Of a stretch of DNA of 34,227 nucleotides, positions 16,133-24,431 are shown piece by piece; the stretch's first letter is position 1, and each line of letters opens with the position of its first letter. The stretch is from Thermomicrobiales bacterium (GTDB taxonomy: Bacteria > Chloroflexota > Chloroflexia > Thermomicrobiales > JALYUS01). Location: contig JBPCMC010000270.1 in NCBI GenBank assembly GCA_051002645.1, forward strand, positions 1 through 34,227, read 5' to 3'. A model generated the notes under the pieces. That model was not told the origin of the DNA and did no database searches. It saw only the letters and a list, made by a program, of their open reading frames with translations. A program made the position numbers and the translations under genes.

Positions 16133-17425
16133 GTGCGGGCACGGTTCACGGCGATACGCTCACTCGACGCGACGTACCGGACGCTCGGCTGGCTCTGCCT
16201 CGTCGTGGGGATCAACCAACTCGGTTTCGGCAGCATCGTACCGATCGTGCCGACCTTCGCGCGCTCGTTCGGCGTCTCGCAGGCGGCGGCGGGGCTCGTC
16301 ATCAGCGTCTACGGTCTCGGGCGGCTCCTCTTCGACCTGCCGATGGGCGGCCTCGCAGAGCGCATGGGGCGGCGGAAGATCATCATCATCGGCGAGATCA
16401 TCACCGCCGTCGGCAGTTTCCTCTGCGCGATTGCGGGCTCATTCTGGCTGCTCGTCTTCTTCCGCTTCATCGGCGGCATCGGCGCGGCGACCGTTCTCAC
16501 CGGCGCGCAAGTCGTCCTGGCGGACATCACCGAGCCGCAGACGCGCGGGCGGATCATGAATATCTATCAGGCGATCTTCCTCTGCGCGGTCGGTCTCGGT
16601 CCGTCACTCGGTGGCGTTGTGGCGGACGCCTTCGGCACGCGCGCCCCCTTCTACGCCTTCGGCTTCCTCAGCCTGCTCGCGGGGATCGTCTGCTTCTTCC
16701 AGGTGCCGGAGACGCGCGGGCGCGCCCTCGCCCGCGCGGCGGCGGCGATGCAACCGGCGATGCGGATGGGCCAGGCGTTGCGCATCCTGCTGCGGCGGCG
16801 CGGCTTCCTGCTGATCGGCTTCGTGACGTTCGTGCAATACTTCGCCCGCACGGGCGCGCTCTTCAACATCGTGCCGATCATTGGGCGGGACCGCATCGGT
16901 TTGAGCGCCTCCGCGACCGGCTTCGCTCTCAGCATCGCCTCGCTGATGAACTTCGCGACGATCCCGCTTTCGACGATGCTGATGAGCCGCTGGGGACGGC
17001 GCGGTGGGATCATCCCCGGCACGATTGTCTGCGGCGCGGCGTTCGCCTGCCTCGCCGGGGCCTTCACCTACCCCGTCTTCATCCTCGGCATGTTCCTCTG
17101 GGGACTGGGCGGCGGGGTGGGCGGCTCCGCGCCCGCCGCCTACGCCGCCGACATGGCCCCGCCCGGCGCGAACGGTGTGACGATGGGCATTTACCTGACG
17201 CTCGCCGATGCGGGATATGTGGTTGGCCCGTTCCTGCTCGGCTGGATTAGCGATCTCGCGGGCGCGGGGACGGCGCTGCTCATCACGGCGGCACTCTTTG
17301 TCGTCGCGGTCCTGCTCTTCGCCCTCTTCGCCCCGGAAACGGTGCATGGGCGGTATCGGCGGTTGCCCAAAGAAGTCCCGGTCGCCGCAGCGGGGGACGC
17401 GGCAGGCGGCGCGCCATCAGATTAA
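16133..17425 (+). CDS. MFS transporter (DHA1-like)
   Basis: About 12 hydrophobic segments, GGLAERMGRR motif A, GPSLGG motif C. GAGGTG RBS before GTG 16133. Confidence 0.9.
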   Translation: MRARFTAIRSLDATYRTLGWLCLVVGINQLGFGSIVPIVPTFARSFGVSQAAAGLVISVYGLGRLLFDLPMGGLAERMGRRKIIIIGEIITAVGSFLCAIAGSFWLLVFFRFIGGIGAATVLTGAQVVLADITEPQTRGRIMNIYQAIFLCAVGLGPSLGGVVADAFGTRAPFYAFGFLSLLAGIVCFFQVPETRGRALARAAAAMQPAMRMGQALRILLRRRGFLLIGFVTFVQYFARTGALFNIVPIIGRDRIGLSASATGFALSIASLMNFATIPLSTMLMSRWGRRGGIIPGTIVCGAAFACLAGAFTYPVFILGMFLWGLGGGVGGSAPAAYAADMAPPGANGVTMGIYLTLADAGYVVGPFLLGWISDLAGAGTALLITAALFVVAVLLFALFAPETVHGRYRRLPKEVPVAAAGDAAGGAPSD

Positions 17426-17445
17426 GCGGCACGCCATCGGATTAA
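17406..17445 (+). repeat. 20-bp tandem duplication spanning the MFS stop codon
   Basis: gcggcgcgccatcagattaa / gcggcacgccatcggattaa (18/20). Confidence 0.8.
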
Positions 17446-17459
17446 TGCGGAGGGAGCGA

Positions 17460-17864
17460 ATGAGCCACTTCACCGACAACGAAATTGCCTATCTGAACAC
17501 TCAGCGGCTCGGACGATTGGCGACGCTGAGCGCGGCGGGTGAGCCTCACGTCGTCCCAGTCGGGTTCCGCTACAACCCGGAACTGGATACCATCGACATC
17601 CCCGGCTACGGCATGGGCAAAAGTAAGAAGTTCCGCGATGTCGCGTGCGACGGCCGCGTCGCCTTCGTCGTCGATGACGTACCCCAGCCGGGACAGGTCC
17701 GTGGCATCGAGGTGCGCGGCCGTGCCGAGGCGCTACAAACCGGGGGCAACATGGACGTGCCGGACCGCGACCCACAACTGATCCGTATCCGCCCCACGCG
17801 CATCCTTGGCTGGGGTATCGACACGGATCCGTACCATCCCAACAGCCGGTCGATACCGGACTGA
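17460..17864 (+). CDS. PPOX class F420-dependent oxidoreductase
   Basis: FTDNEIAYLNTQRLGRLAT..PHVVPVGF, SKKFRDV, VAFVVDD, RGIEVRGRAE. Confidence 0.88.
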   Translation: MSHFTDNEIAYLNTQRLGRLATLSAAGEPHVVPVGFRYNPELDTIDIPGYGMGKSKKFRDVACDGRVAFVVDDVPQPGQVRGIEVRGRAEALQTGGNMDVPDRDPQLIRIRPTRILGWGIDTDPYHPNSRSIPD

Positions 17865-17871
17865 TAAAAGT

Positions 17872-17934
17872 GGTGGCGGCGGCCTTTAGCCTGCCGAACG
17901 GAAACACTGCGGCAGGCTAAAGGCCGCCGCCACC
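17872..17934. repeat. Family B perfect 25-bp inverted repeat between convergent genes
   Basis: ggtggcggcggcctttagcctgccg-N13-cggcaggctaaaggccgccgccacc. Confidence 0.92.
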
Positions 17935-17965
17935 GAGCGATCAGCAACGATCACGGCGCCCGGTT

Positions 17966-18889
17966 TCACGCGCCGTTGATATATCGCTCTAGTAGATCGT
18001 AGGTGCGGACAGCGTTCTCGCCCATCGGGGTGTAGACGGCGGCGACGAGGTCGGTCGCGCCTGCCTGAGCCAGCCTTCGCAAGCCTGCAAGTACCGCCGC
18101 CTCGTCGCCGATCAGTGAGACATCGGCGGGATTGGCGGCGCCCTCTTTGTCCAGCACAGCGCGATAGGACGGCAACCGACCGTATGCCGCGAACACACGA
18201 TCCGCTTCAGTGCGCACGGCGTCGGCGTTGTCCGTCACGCAGACGGGCAGGCCGGCGACGATGCGCGGCGCGGGCCGCCCGGCCTCCGCTGCGGCGGCGG
18301 TAATCGTCGGCACGGCGTCATTGGCGAGATAGTGTGCGCCGCCCATCCAGAGCGCGGTGTCGTCCGCGTGCCGCCCGGCGAGCCGGGGCATCTGCTGCCC
18401 GAGCGCCGCGACGAGGACGGAGGGCGGCGTCCCGCCCGGCACCGTGATGCCGAAGTTCGTGATGTGAAATTCCTCACCGGCGAATGTCACGGGCTCGCCG
18501 GCGAGAAAACCGGTCAGGCATGTAAGGTATTCCCGCATGTGGCGGATCGGGTGCGACCAATCGAACCCCAGCCCCTGCTCCATCACCACGCGGTGGCTGA
18601 GGCCGATACCGAGCACGAGCCGCCCGCCCGTCGCGGCGTTCGTCGTTAGCGCCTGCTGCGCGAGCGCGACCGGATGGCGCGGATAGGTCGGCACGACGAA
18701 TGTGCCCAATTCGACCGTCCGGGTCTGCTGCCCCGCCAACGCGAGTAGCGTCAGCGCGTCGAAACCGCGCGGCACATTGGCGACCCAGATCGACTGCATG
18801 CCCCGCTCCTCGGCGCGCGACATCTCGGTAAGCAACGTTTGCAAATCCATCAGCACGCCGGGGTTCGGGAGAATCACACCGATCTTCAT
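17966..18889 (-). CDS. LLM class F420-dependent oxidoreductase
   Basis: ELGTFVVPTYPRHPVALAQQALT, GRLVLGIGLSH, YGRLPSYRAVLDKEG. Confidence 0.88.
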   Translation of the reverse strand: MKIGVILPNPGVLMDLQTLLTEMSRAEERGMQSIWVANVPRGFDALTLLALAGQQTRTVELGTFVVPTYPRHPVALAQQALTTNAATGGRLVLGIGLSHRVVMEQGLGFDWSHPIRHMREYLTCLTGFLAGEPVTFAGEEFHITNFGITVPGGTPPSVLVAALGQQMPRLAGRHADDTALWMGGAHYLANDAVPTITAAAAEAGRPAPRIVAGLPVCVTDNADAVRTEADRVFAAYGRLPSYRAVLDKEGAANPADVSLIGDEAAVLAGLRRLAQAGATDLVAAVYTPMGENAVRTYDLLERYINGA

Positions 18890-18960
18890 CGTTTACTCCT
18901 TATCGCTGTATCGCTATGGTCGCCCCTCGAGGGAGGAGGCTCTTGCTCCCCCTCCCGGTT

Positions 18961-18999
18961 CCCCTTTCCCCGGTGGGGAAGGGGGCTGGGGGGTTAGGG
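18961..18999 (-). repeat. Family A repeat
   Basis: cccctttccccggtggggaagggggctggggggttaggg, 10 nt downstream of the kinase stop. Confidence 0.85.
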
Positions 19000-19008
19000 C
19001 CCCACCGC

Positions 19009-21327
19009 TTATTTCAGAAACGTCACGGAGCCCATGACCGCCTCGATCTCCGCACGGTGTGAGGCGATATTGCTGCACCGGAACTCGTACCGCTTGCCGT
19101 TGTGGTCCACGAGCCAGATGGTCGCGATGCCGGGCTGCAGGTCCGGCTTGTCCTTCTGCGTATAGGAATAGGCGAGCGATTTCGCGGGCGCGCCGCCGAC
19201 TTTCGTGTCGACCGCCGGATCATAGGTACGCACCGTCTTACCGTCGTTGGCCTCAGTATCGCGGATTTTCTTGAGGGCCTGGTCGTAGGTCTCTCCGCTT
19301 GCCGGGTAAACGGAGAGGAAGATGTGTATCTCATCGTTCGCACCGCTCAGGAAGAGCAGGTTCGTCGTATCCGCCGCATCTTTGGAGAGCGCCCATTCGG
19401 TCGGATATTGCAGGCGGATTACTCCGTCCGGGTCGGTGAATGTGGCGGTCTTCGCATTGCCGAAGGTGATAGAACCGACAATCGCGTCCACATCGGCGCG
19501 ACTCGACCCGAGCGGACTGGCGAGGATGGCGAACTCCTTGCCGCCGTTGTTGACCACCCACCACGCGCCGGTGAAGGTCTTCGTGGGATCGGTCTTGTCC
19601 GTGTAGGTGTAGGTCAGCATCTTCGCGGGCTGGCCGCCGATCTGCGCGTCTTGCGTCTTCTGATCGGTGTAGGTGAACTTCTGCCCGCTCGCCTGATTCT
19701 TGATGATGACCTGAATCTCATCCTGCAAGGCGCCTTGCTGCGGGTCGTAGAGAAAGACATAGATGAACGGCACGGCGCCCGGCCCATCCAACTCGACGAG
19801 ATTGCTCGCGTCGGATGTATCGCGCGTCTGCTTCCAGTTGCTCGGATATTTGAGGCTGAGTAGGCCGTTCTGTTCCGTCCAGGTCGTCGGTTGCGCCACC
19901 ACGCTCGGCGTCGCGGTCTTCCCCGCCGTCGGGGCGAGCGTCGGTGTCGCGGCGGCCCGCGTTGGTGACGCAGTCGGTGATACTGTCGGGGCGACCGATG
20001 TCGCGACATGCGTCGCTGTCGCGGCTGCCCCGGTCGGTGCCGCAATCGTGTTCGCCACCGCTGTCCCGGTCGCGCCGGGGCCGAGCGTGACATTGACCGT
20101 CACAACCGTCGCGGTCGCGCCGGCCTGCCCCGGCGTCGCCGTCGCAGTGCTGCCCGATTGTCCATTCAATACCAAGAGGGCGACACCAACCATTGCCAGC
20201 ACGGCGAGCACCGCGCCGCCGATGGCGAAGATTCGCCCCCGGTTGCGCCGGGGCGGTATCGTCGAAGGTGGCGGCGCGTAGCCGGGTGGGGGTGGATAGA
20301 GCGGCGGCGAAAACCCGGAGGAACCCGGCGCGGTGGGCGGCGTTGCCGGGCCACCGTATGTGGCTGGCGCGCCCGTCGCGGTGCCTGTGGGCGCGCCGGA
20401 GGGCCACGAAGCCGGCGGGCCGACGCGCGTCGGGTTGGCATCCGGCGGGCGATACGACTCCGGGCGCATCGGCGCGGCTATCGCCATCCTTTGTAGATCG
20501 CGAATGACCTCCGCAGCGTTCTGGTAGCGAGCATCCACATCTCGCGTCGTCAGCCGGTCCACTACCGCCACCAGTTGCGGCGGCAGGTCGCCGCGTACCG
20601 CGCCGAGCGGCCGGCGACGGCGCGCGAATGGCTCGCCGACGAACATCTCGTAGAGGATCAGGCCGAGCGCGTAGAGGTCCGAGCGGCCGTCGATGTAGCC
20701 ATAGCCCGCCGACTGCTCCGGGCTCATGTAGATCGGCGTACCGGGGTGGCCGCCCGTCGTGATCGTCAGTTGCTGCTCGTGCGCGATGCGCGCGATGCCG
20801 AAATCCATCAGTTTCGCCGCGCCGCGCCGGGTAATCATGATGTTGGCGGGCTTGACGTCTCGATGGACAATCTCTTGCTCGTGGACGGCGTCGAGCGCGC
20901 GGGCGATGTCGATCGTGATCGCGACCGCGCGCGCCTCCGGCAGCGTCCCGACCTGGGTGAGCAGATCGCGCAGATTGGTGCCGTCCACGTATTCCATCAC
21001 AAGGTAGTTGTTCCCCTGTGGATCGACGTGGAGATCGTAGACAGTAACGACATTCGGGTGCTGGATCGTGCCGGTGGCGCGCGCCTCGCGCTGGAACCGC
21101 TCGAGATAGCGCTGATAGGTGTCGCGATCCGTCTGCTCGCGGCTGGCGAGCAGTTCCTTGACGGCGACATTGCGCCGCAAACGGGTATCGAAGGCGAGGT
21201 AGACCCGCCCGAAGGCGCCCTGGCCGATTACGCGCTCGATCCGGTACCGCCCGGCGAGCAGCGCGGTCGGCATGACGGCCTCATGTCCGTCTCGCGGCGG
21301 TATACCCGGCGGTTGCCCGTCCGTCAT
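19009..21327 (-). CDS. Hanks-type Ser/Thr protein kinase, single TM, two PsbP-like extracellular repeats
   Basis: IGQGAFGRVY, VAVK, HRDVKPANI, DFG, GTPIYMSPEQ; Pro-rich linker; TM helix; T/A/P stalk; two repeats starting LSLKYPSNW and IRLQYPTEW. Confidence 0.92.
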   Translation of the reverse strand: MTDGQPPGIPPRDGHEAVMPTALLAGRYRIERVIGQGAFGRVYLAFDTRLRRNVAVKELLASREQTDRDTYQRYLERFQREARATGTIQHPNVVTVYDLHVDPQGNNYLVMEYVDGTNLRDLLTQVGTLPEARAVAITIDIARALDAVHEQEIVHRDVKPANIMITRRGAAKLMDFGIARIAHEQQLTITTGGHPGTPIYMSPEQSAGYGYIDGRSDLYALGLILYEMFVGEPFARRRRPLGAVRGDLPPQLVAVVDRLTTRDVDARYQNAAEVIRDLQRMAIAAPMRPESYRPPDANPTRVGPPASWPSGAPTGTATGAPATYGGPATPPTAPGSSGFSPPLYPPPPGYAPPPSTIPPRRNRGRIFAIGGAVLAVLAMVGVALLVLNGQSGSTATATPGQAGATATVVTVNVTLGPGATGTAVANTIAAPTGAAATATHVATSVAPTVSPTASPTRAAATPTLAPTAGKTATPSVVAQPTTWTEQNGLLSLKYPSNWKQTRDTSDASNLVELDGPGAVPFIYVFLYDPQQGALQDEIQVIIKNQASGQKFTYTDQKTQDAQIGGQPAKMLTYTYTDKTDPTKTFTGAWWVVNNGGKEFAILASPLGSSRADVDAIVGSITFGNAKTATFTDPDGVIRLQYPTEWALSKDAADTTNLLFLSGANDEIHIFLSVYPASGETYDQALKKIRDTEANDGKTVRTYDPAVDTKVGGAPAKSLAYSYTQKDKPDLQPGIATIWLVDHNGKRYEFRCSNIASHRAEIEAVMGSVTFLK

Positions 21328-21497
21328 CGCTCACCATCCTCTATCCGCCGGGACCGCGCGCGTACTGCGCGAAATCTATCTGTCGTCTGCTCGCTACTCT
21401 ACTCGCCGCCTCCCCACCCGTAAAGACGTTTTTCCGGCGGATCGGTAACGGGAGGCGTCGCCTCTGCTACACTGCGGCGAGGGAGGAAAGCAACCGG

Positions 21498-22085
21498 ATG
21501 GACGATAAACCGGAGGGCGCGAAACTCGGCTGGCGGATCCTCGCATCCGCGTACCCATTCGCCTCGCCGTGGATGCGGCTCCGGCAAGACCGCCTCGCCA
21601 TCGCAGGCAAGGGCGAGGTCACCTACATCTATGAGGAGCGGGCGGACGCGGTCGGCATCGTGCCGGTGACGCGCGACGGCATCGTGCTGCTCATCCGCCA
21701 GTACCGCTACCCGCTCGACTGCTGGTGCCTCGAAATTCCCGCCGGCGGCATGCGGGATCATCCGGGCGCGACGGCGGAAGAGGTAGCACACATCGAACTG
21801 CGCGAAGAAACGGGCGCGGTATGCGATGCGATGATCCCGGTTGGCTTCTTTTATGTTGCGTGCGCCGCCCGCGACCAGCGCTTCCATGTCTTTCTCGCCC
21901 TCGATGTCGTCCAATCGGCGGCGAGCGCGCACGAACCGACCGAGCAGATCGAGCACTGCCCGATGCCCGTCCGCGATGCACTCCATCTCGCCCGCACCGG
22001 CCAGATGCCGGAGGGCCAGAGCGCTCTTTCCTTGCTCCTCTGCGAGAACTTGCTGCGCGAGCGCGGCTACCTCGACGCAGAATAA
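21498..22085 (+). CDS. Nudix hydrolase, ADP-ribose pyrophosphatase-like
   Basis: LIRQYRYP..LEIPAGG..ELREETG; extended -10 TGCTACACT at 21465-21473 and GGAGG RBS. Confidence 0.88.
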   Translation: MDDKPEGAKLGWRILASAYPFASPWMRLRQDRLAIAGKGEVTYIYEERADAVGIVPVTRDGIVLLIRQYRYPLDCWCLEIPAGGMRDHPGATAEEVAHIELREETGAVCDAMIPVGFFYVACAARDQRFHVFLALDVVQSAASAHEPTEQIEHCPMPVRDALHLARTGQMPEGQSALSLLLCENLLRERGYLDAE

Positions 22086-22096
22086 GGAGCATTTCT

Positions 22097-22135
22097 CCCC
22101 CTTCCCCAATGGGGAAGGGGGCCGGGGGGTTAGGG
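22097..22135 (-). repeat. Family A repeat
   Basis: cccccttccccaatggggaagggggccggggggttaggg. Confidence 0.88.
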
Positions 22136-22209
22136 CCCCTCTTGCGCAACCGCAGTAGTGTACGTACACTACGGATCAGCGGAATGGCGGAGCGTGAGAG
22201 GAGCCAGGA

Positions 22210-23790
22210 ATGTCGGAGCGACCGATGCGAACGATCTACGCCCTGACGGGCATCCAACCGGAGGTGCAGGCGTACGCGATGGCGAAGTATTCGCGCTCGC
22301 GCAACTCGATGCGCCGCACGGTGGCCGAAATCTCGGCGCAGCGCGCCGAGGAATTCCTCGAATCCTTCTACTTCCAGTATGGCCATCGCTCCATCGCCGA
22401 CCTCGCGCATGTGGCGATGGCGATTGAGAACGTGTCGATCCTCGCGGCGATTGCGGTCGTCGATCAGCAGGTATGGGATGGGCAGGAACGCTCGACGCGC
22501 TATCAGGACTTCGCGCGCACCGGCTACTACACGCCGGACGCCATCGCCGCCTCGCCCGACGCGCCCGCTTACACGGCGGCGGCGGATGCCCTTTTCACCG
22601 AGTACGCCGCGCTCTCCAAGGAGTTGACCGCGCTGCTCGTCGAGACGGTCGGCAAGCCGGAGACGATGGCGGAGGGCGATTACACGCGCACGCTCCGCGC
22701 CCGTGCCTTCGATGTCTCCCGCGCGCTCCTGCCGCTCGCCACGATCACCAGCGTCGGGCAGATCACCAGCGCGCGGACGTTGGAGCGGCAGATTTCCGAG
22801 CTGCTCTCCTCCCCGCTGGCGGAGGTGCGTGGCGTGGCGACGGAGCTGCGCGCCGCCTGTCAGCGCGAGGCGTTCGATCCCGCCGCCACCGCCGCCGAGG
22901 CGCTCCAACGGGCGCTCGACGGCGTCTATCTGCCGCCGGACGCGCAGGATGCCCTGGCAGCGCTCGGCACGGCGCTCGACCGCACCGGCGCGGCCCCGAC
23001 GCTCGTCAAATACACCGCGCCCCTCACCTACCAGATGGAGACGGCGAGCGCGCTCGCGCAGGCCGCGACCGAACTGCTCGCCGATCTGCCACGCGACGCG
23101 ACGAGCCCGACCGTCTCTCTCGCCCCCGCCGCCGCACCGTCCGACGAACTGGTCGCGACGCTGCTCTATCAGTACGACCCCGCCCAGCACGGTTACGCGC
23201 AAATCCTCGAAGTCGTACGGGAGTTGTCGGTGACGTTCAAGCAGGAGATCGTGGATCTCTCCACGCAGCACCGTGGCGCGCACGACGATCTCCTGCGCGC
23301 GCATCAGGTCGGCGCGCCGCTCCAGTTCGATTGCACGATCGACATCGGCGCCTTCCGCGATCTGCACCGGCACCGGCGCTGCGTGCAGATCATCCCCGCC
23401 TTCTCCGCCGAACATGGCACCGACGATGCCGCACAGTGGTTCGCCTGGGGCCTCGGCGAGGCTGCGGCGACCCGTGCGGCGGACGCCGGATTGGTCGGGC
23501 GGTATCAGCAGGCGCTCGATAACGCGCATACCGCCATCGACGCGCTTGGTGCCGCGCACCCGATGGAAGCGGTCTACCTCCTGCCGATGGCCTATCGCTG
23601 CCGCGCGCTCTTCAAGATGGACTACGCCGAAGCCGCCTATATCATCGAGCAGCGGACGAAGGTCGGCGGACACTTCTCCTATCGCCACGCGGCTTACGCG
23701 ATGTACACGGCGCTTGCCGCCCGCGAACCCGGCTGGGCGAAGCACATCCGCGTCACCCCACCCACTGAGGTCGATCTGCTCCGGCGATAA
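22210..23790 (+). CDS. thyX: FAD-dependent thymidylate synthase, tandem two-domain type
   Basis: YGHRSIADLAH, QERSTRY, FDVSRALLP (domain 1); FRDLHRHR, YLLPMAY, GHFSYR (domain 2); 526 aa. Confidence 0.82.
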   Translation: MSERPMRTIYALTGIQPEVQAYAMAKYSRSRNSMRRTVAEISAQRAEEFLESFYFQYGHRSIADLAHVAMAIENVSILAAIAVVDQQVWDGQERSTRYQDFARTGYYTPDAIAASPDAPAYTAAADALFTEYAALSKELTALLVETVGKPETMAEGDYTRTLRARAFDVSRALLPLATITSVGQITSARTLERQISELLSSPLAEVRGVATELRAACQREAFDPAATAAEALQRALDGVYLPPDAQDALAALGTALDRTGAAPTLVKYTAPLTYQMETASALAQAATELLADLPRDATSPTVSLAPAAAPSDELVATLLYQYDPAQHGYAQILEVVRELSVTFKQEIVDLSTQHRGAHDDLLRAHQVGAPLQFDCTIDIGAFRDLHRHRRCVQIIPAFSAEHGTDDAAQWFAWGLGEAAATRAADAGLVGRYQQALDNAHTAIDALGAAHPMEAVYLLPMAYRCRALFKMDYAEAAYIIEQRTKVGGHFSYRHAAYAMYTALAAREPGWAKHIRVTPPTEVDLLRR

Positions 23791-23850
23791 CCCCAGCACC
23801 GGCATCGGGTTGTATACTGTGCCGGTGCGAACATCGCCAAGGAGCGCCCC

Positions 23851-24093
23851 ATGCTGACGAAATACATCGAAGCCGCCATGCGCCACGCGGAGTACGAGAT
23901 TATCGAGGACGACAACTCGTTCTACGGTCACATTCCGGGTTTTAGCGGTCTATGGGCGAACGCCTCGACGCTTGAAGGCTGCCGCGAAGAACTCCAGAGT
24001 ACCCTCGAAGACTGGCTGCTCATCGGCATCAGGCGGAAGATCAACCTCCCAGTCGTTGAAGGAATCGATCTCATGGCGACCGCTCCCGTCTGA
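23851..24093 (+). CDS. hicB: HicB family antitoxin (short)
   Basis: MLTKYIEAAMRHAEYEIIEDD..FYGHIPGFSGLWANASTLEGCREELQSTLEDW. Confidence 0.9.
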   Translation: MLTKYIEAAMRHAEYEIIEDDNSFYGHIPGFSGLWANASTLEGCREELQSTLEDWLLIGIRRKINLPVVEGIDLMATAPV

Positions 24094-24314
24094 TGCCGCC
24101 ATTTGGCCCGATCAAACGACGCGATCTCATTCGCGCCCTCCGCGATGCAGGCTTCACGGGACCGGAGGCCGGCACGAGACACGCGGTAATGGTCCGTGGC
24201 GATACACAAATCCCCCTCCCGAACCCTCATCAGGGCGACATCAGTAAAGGTCTTCTCGCCCGCATTCTTCGGGAGGCCGGGATTTCGCGCGAGGAGTGGG
24301 AGCGGTTGTCATAG
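24093..24314 (+). CDS. hicA: HicA family toxin
   Basis: IKRRDLIRALRDAGFTGP..RH, PNPHQGDISKGLLARILREAGISREEW; TGATG coupling to hicB. Confidence 0.88.
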   Translation: MPPFGPIKRRDLIRALRDAGFTGPEAGTRHAVMVRGDTQIPLPNPHQGDISKGLLARILREAGISREEWERLS

Positions 24315-24431
24315 GCTGCGATGGCGTATGTAGCACTTCTCACATTTCCGTTATCGTGTATTATCACTGTGTGAAAACCGTGCGGGTTGCGACACGCGCG
24401 GCGTCCCGGTGTCCGGGTCGGGGAGGACTCG

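Noticed and set aside
21691-23931. 746-aa minus-strand ORF
   Set aside because: Antisense shadow of nudix/thyX/hicB; no recognisable motifs, and expected from high-GC codon bias.
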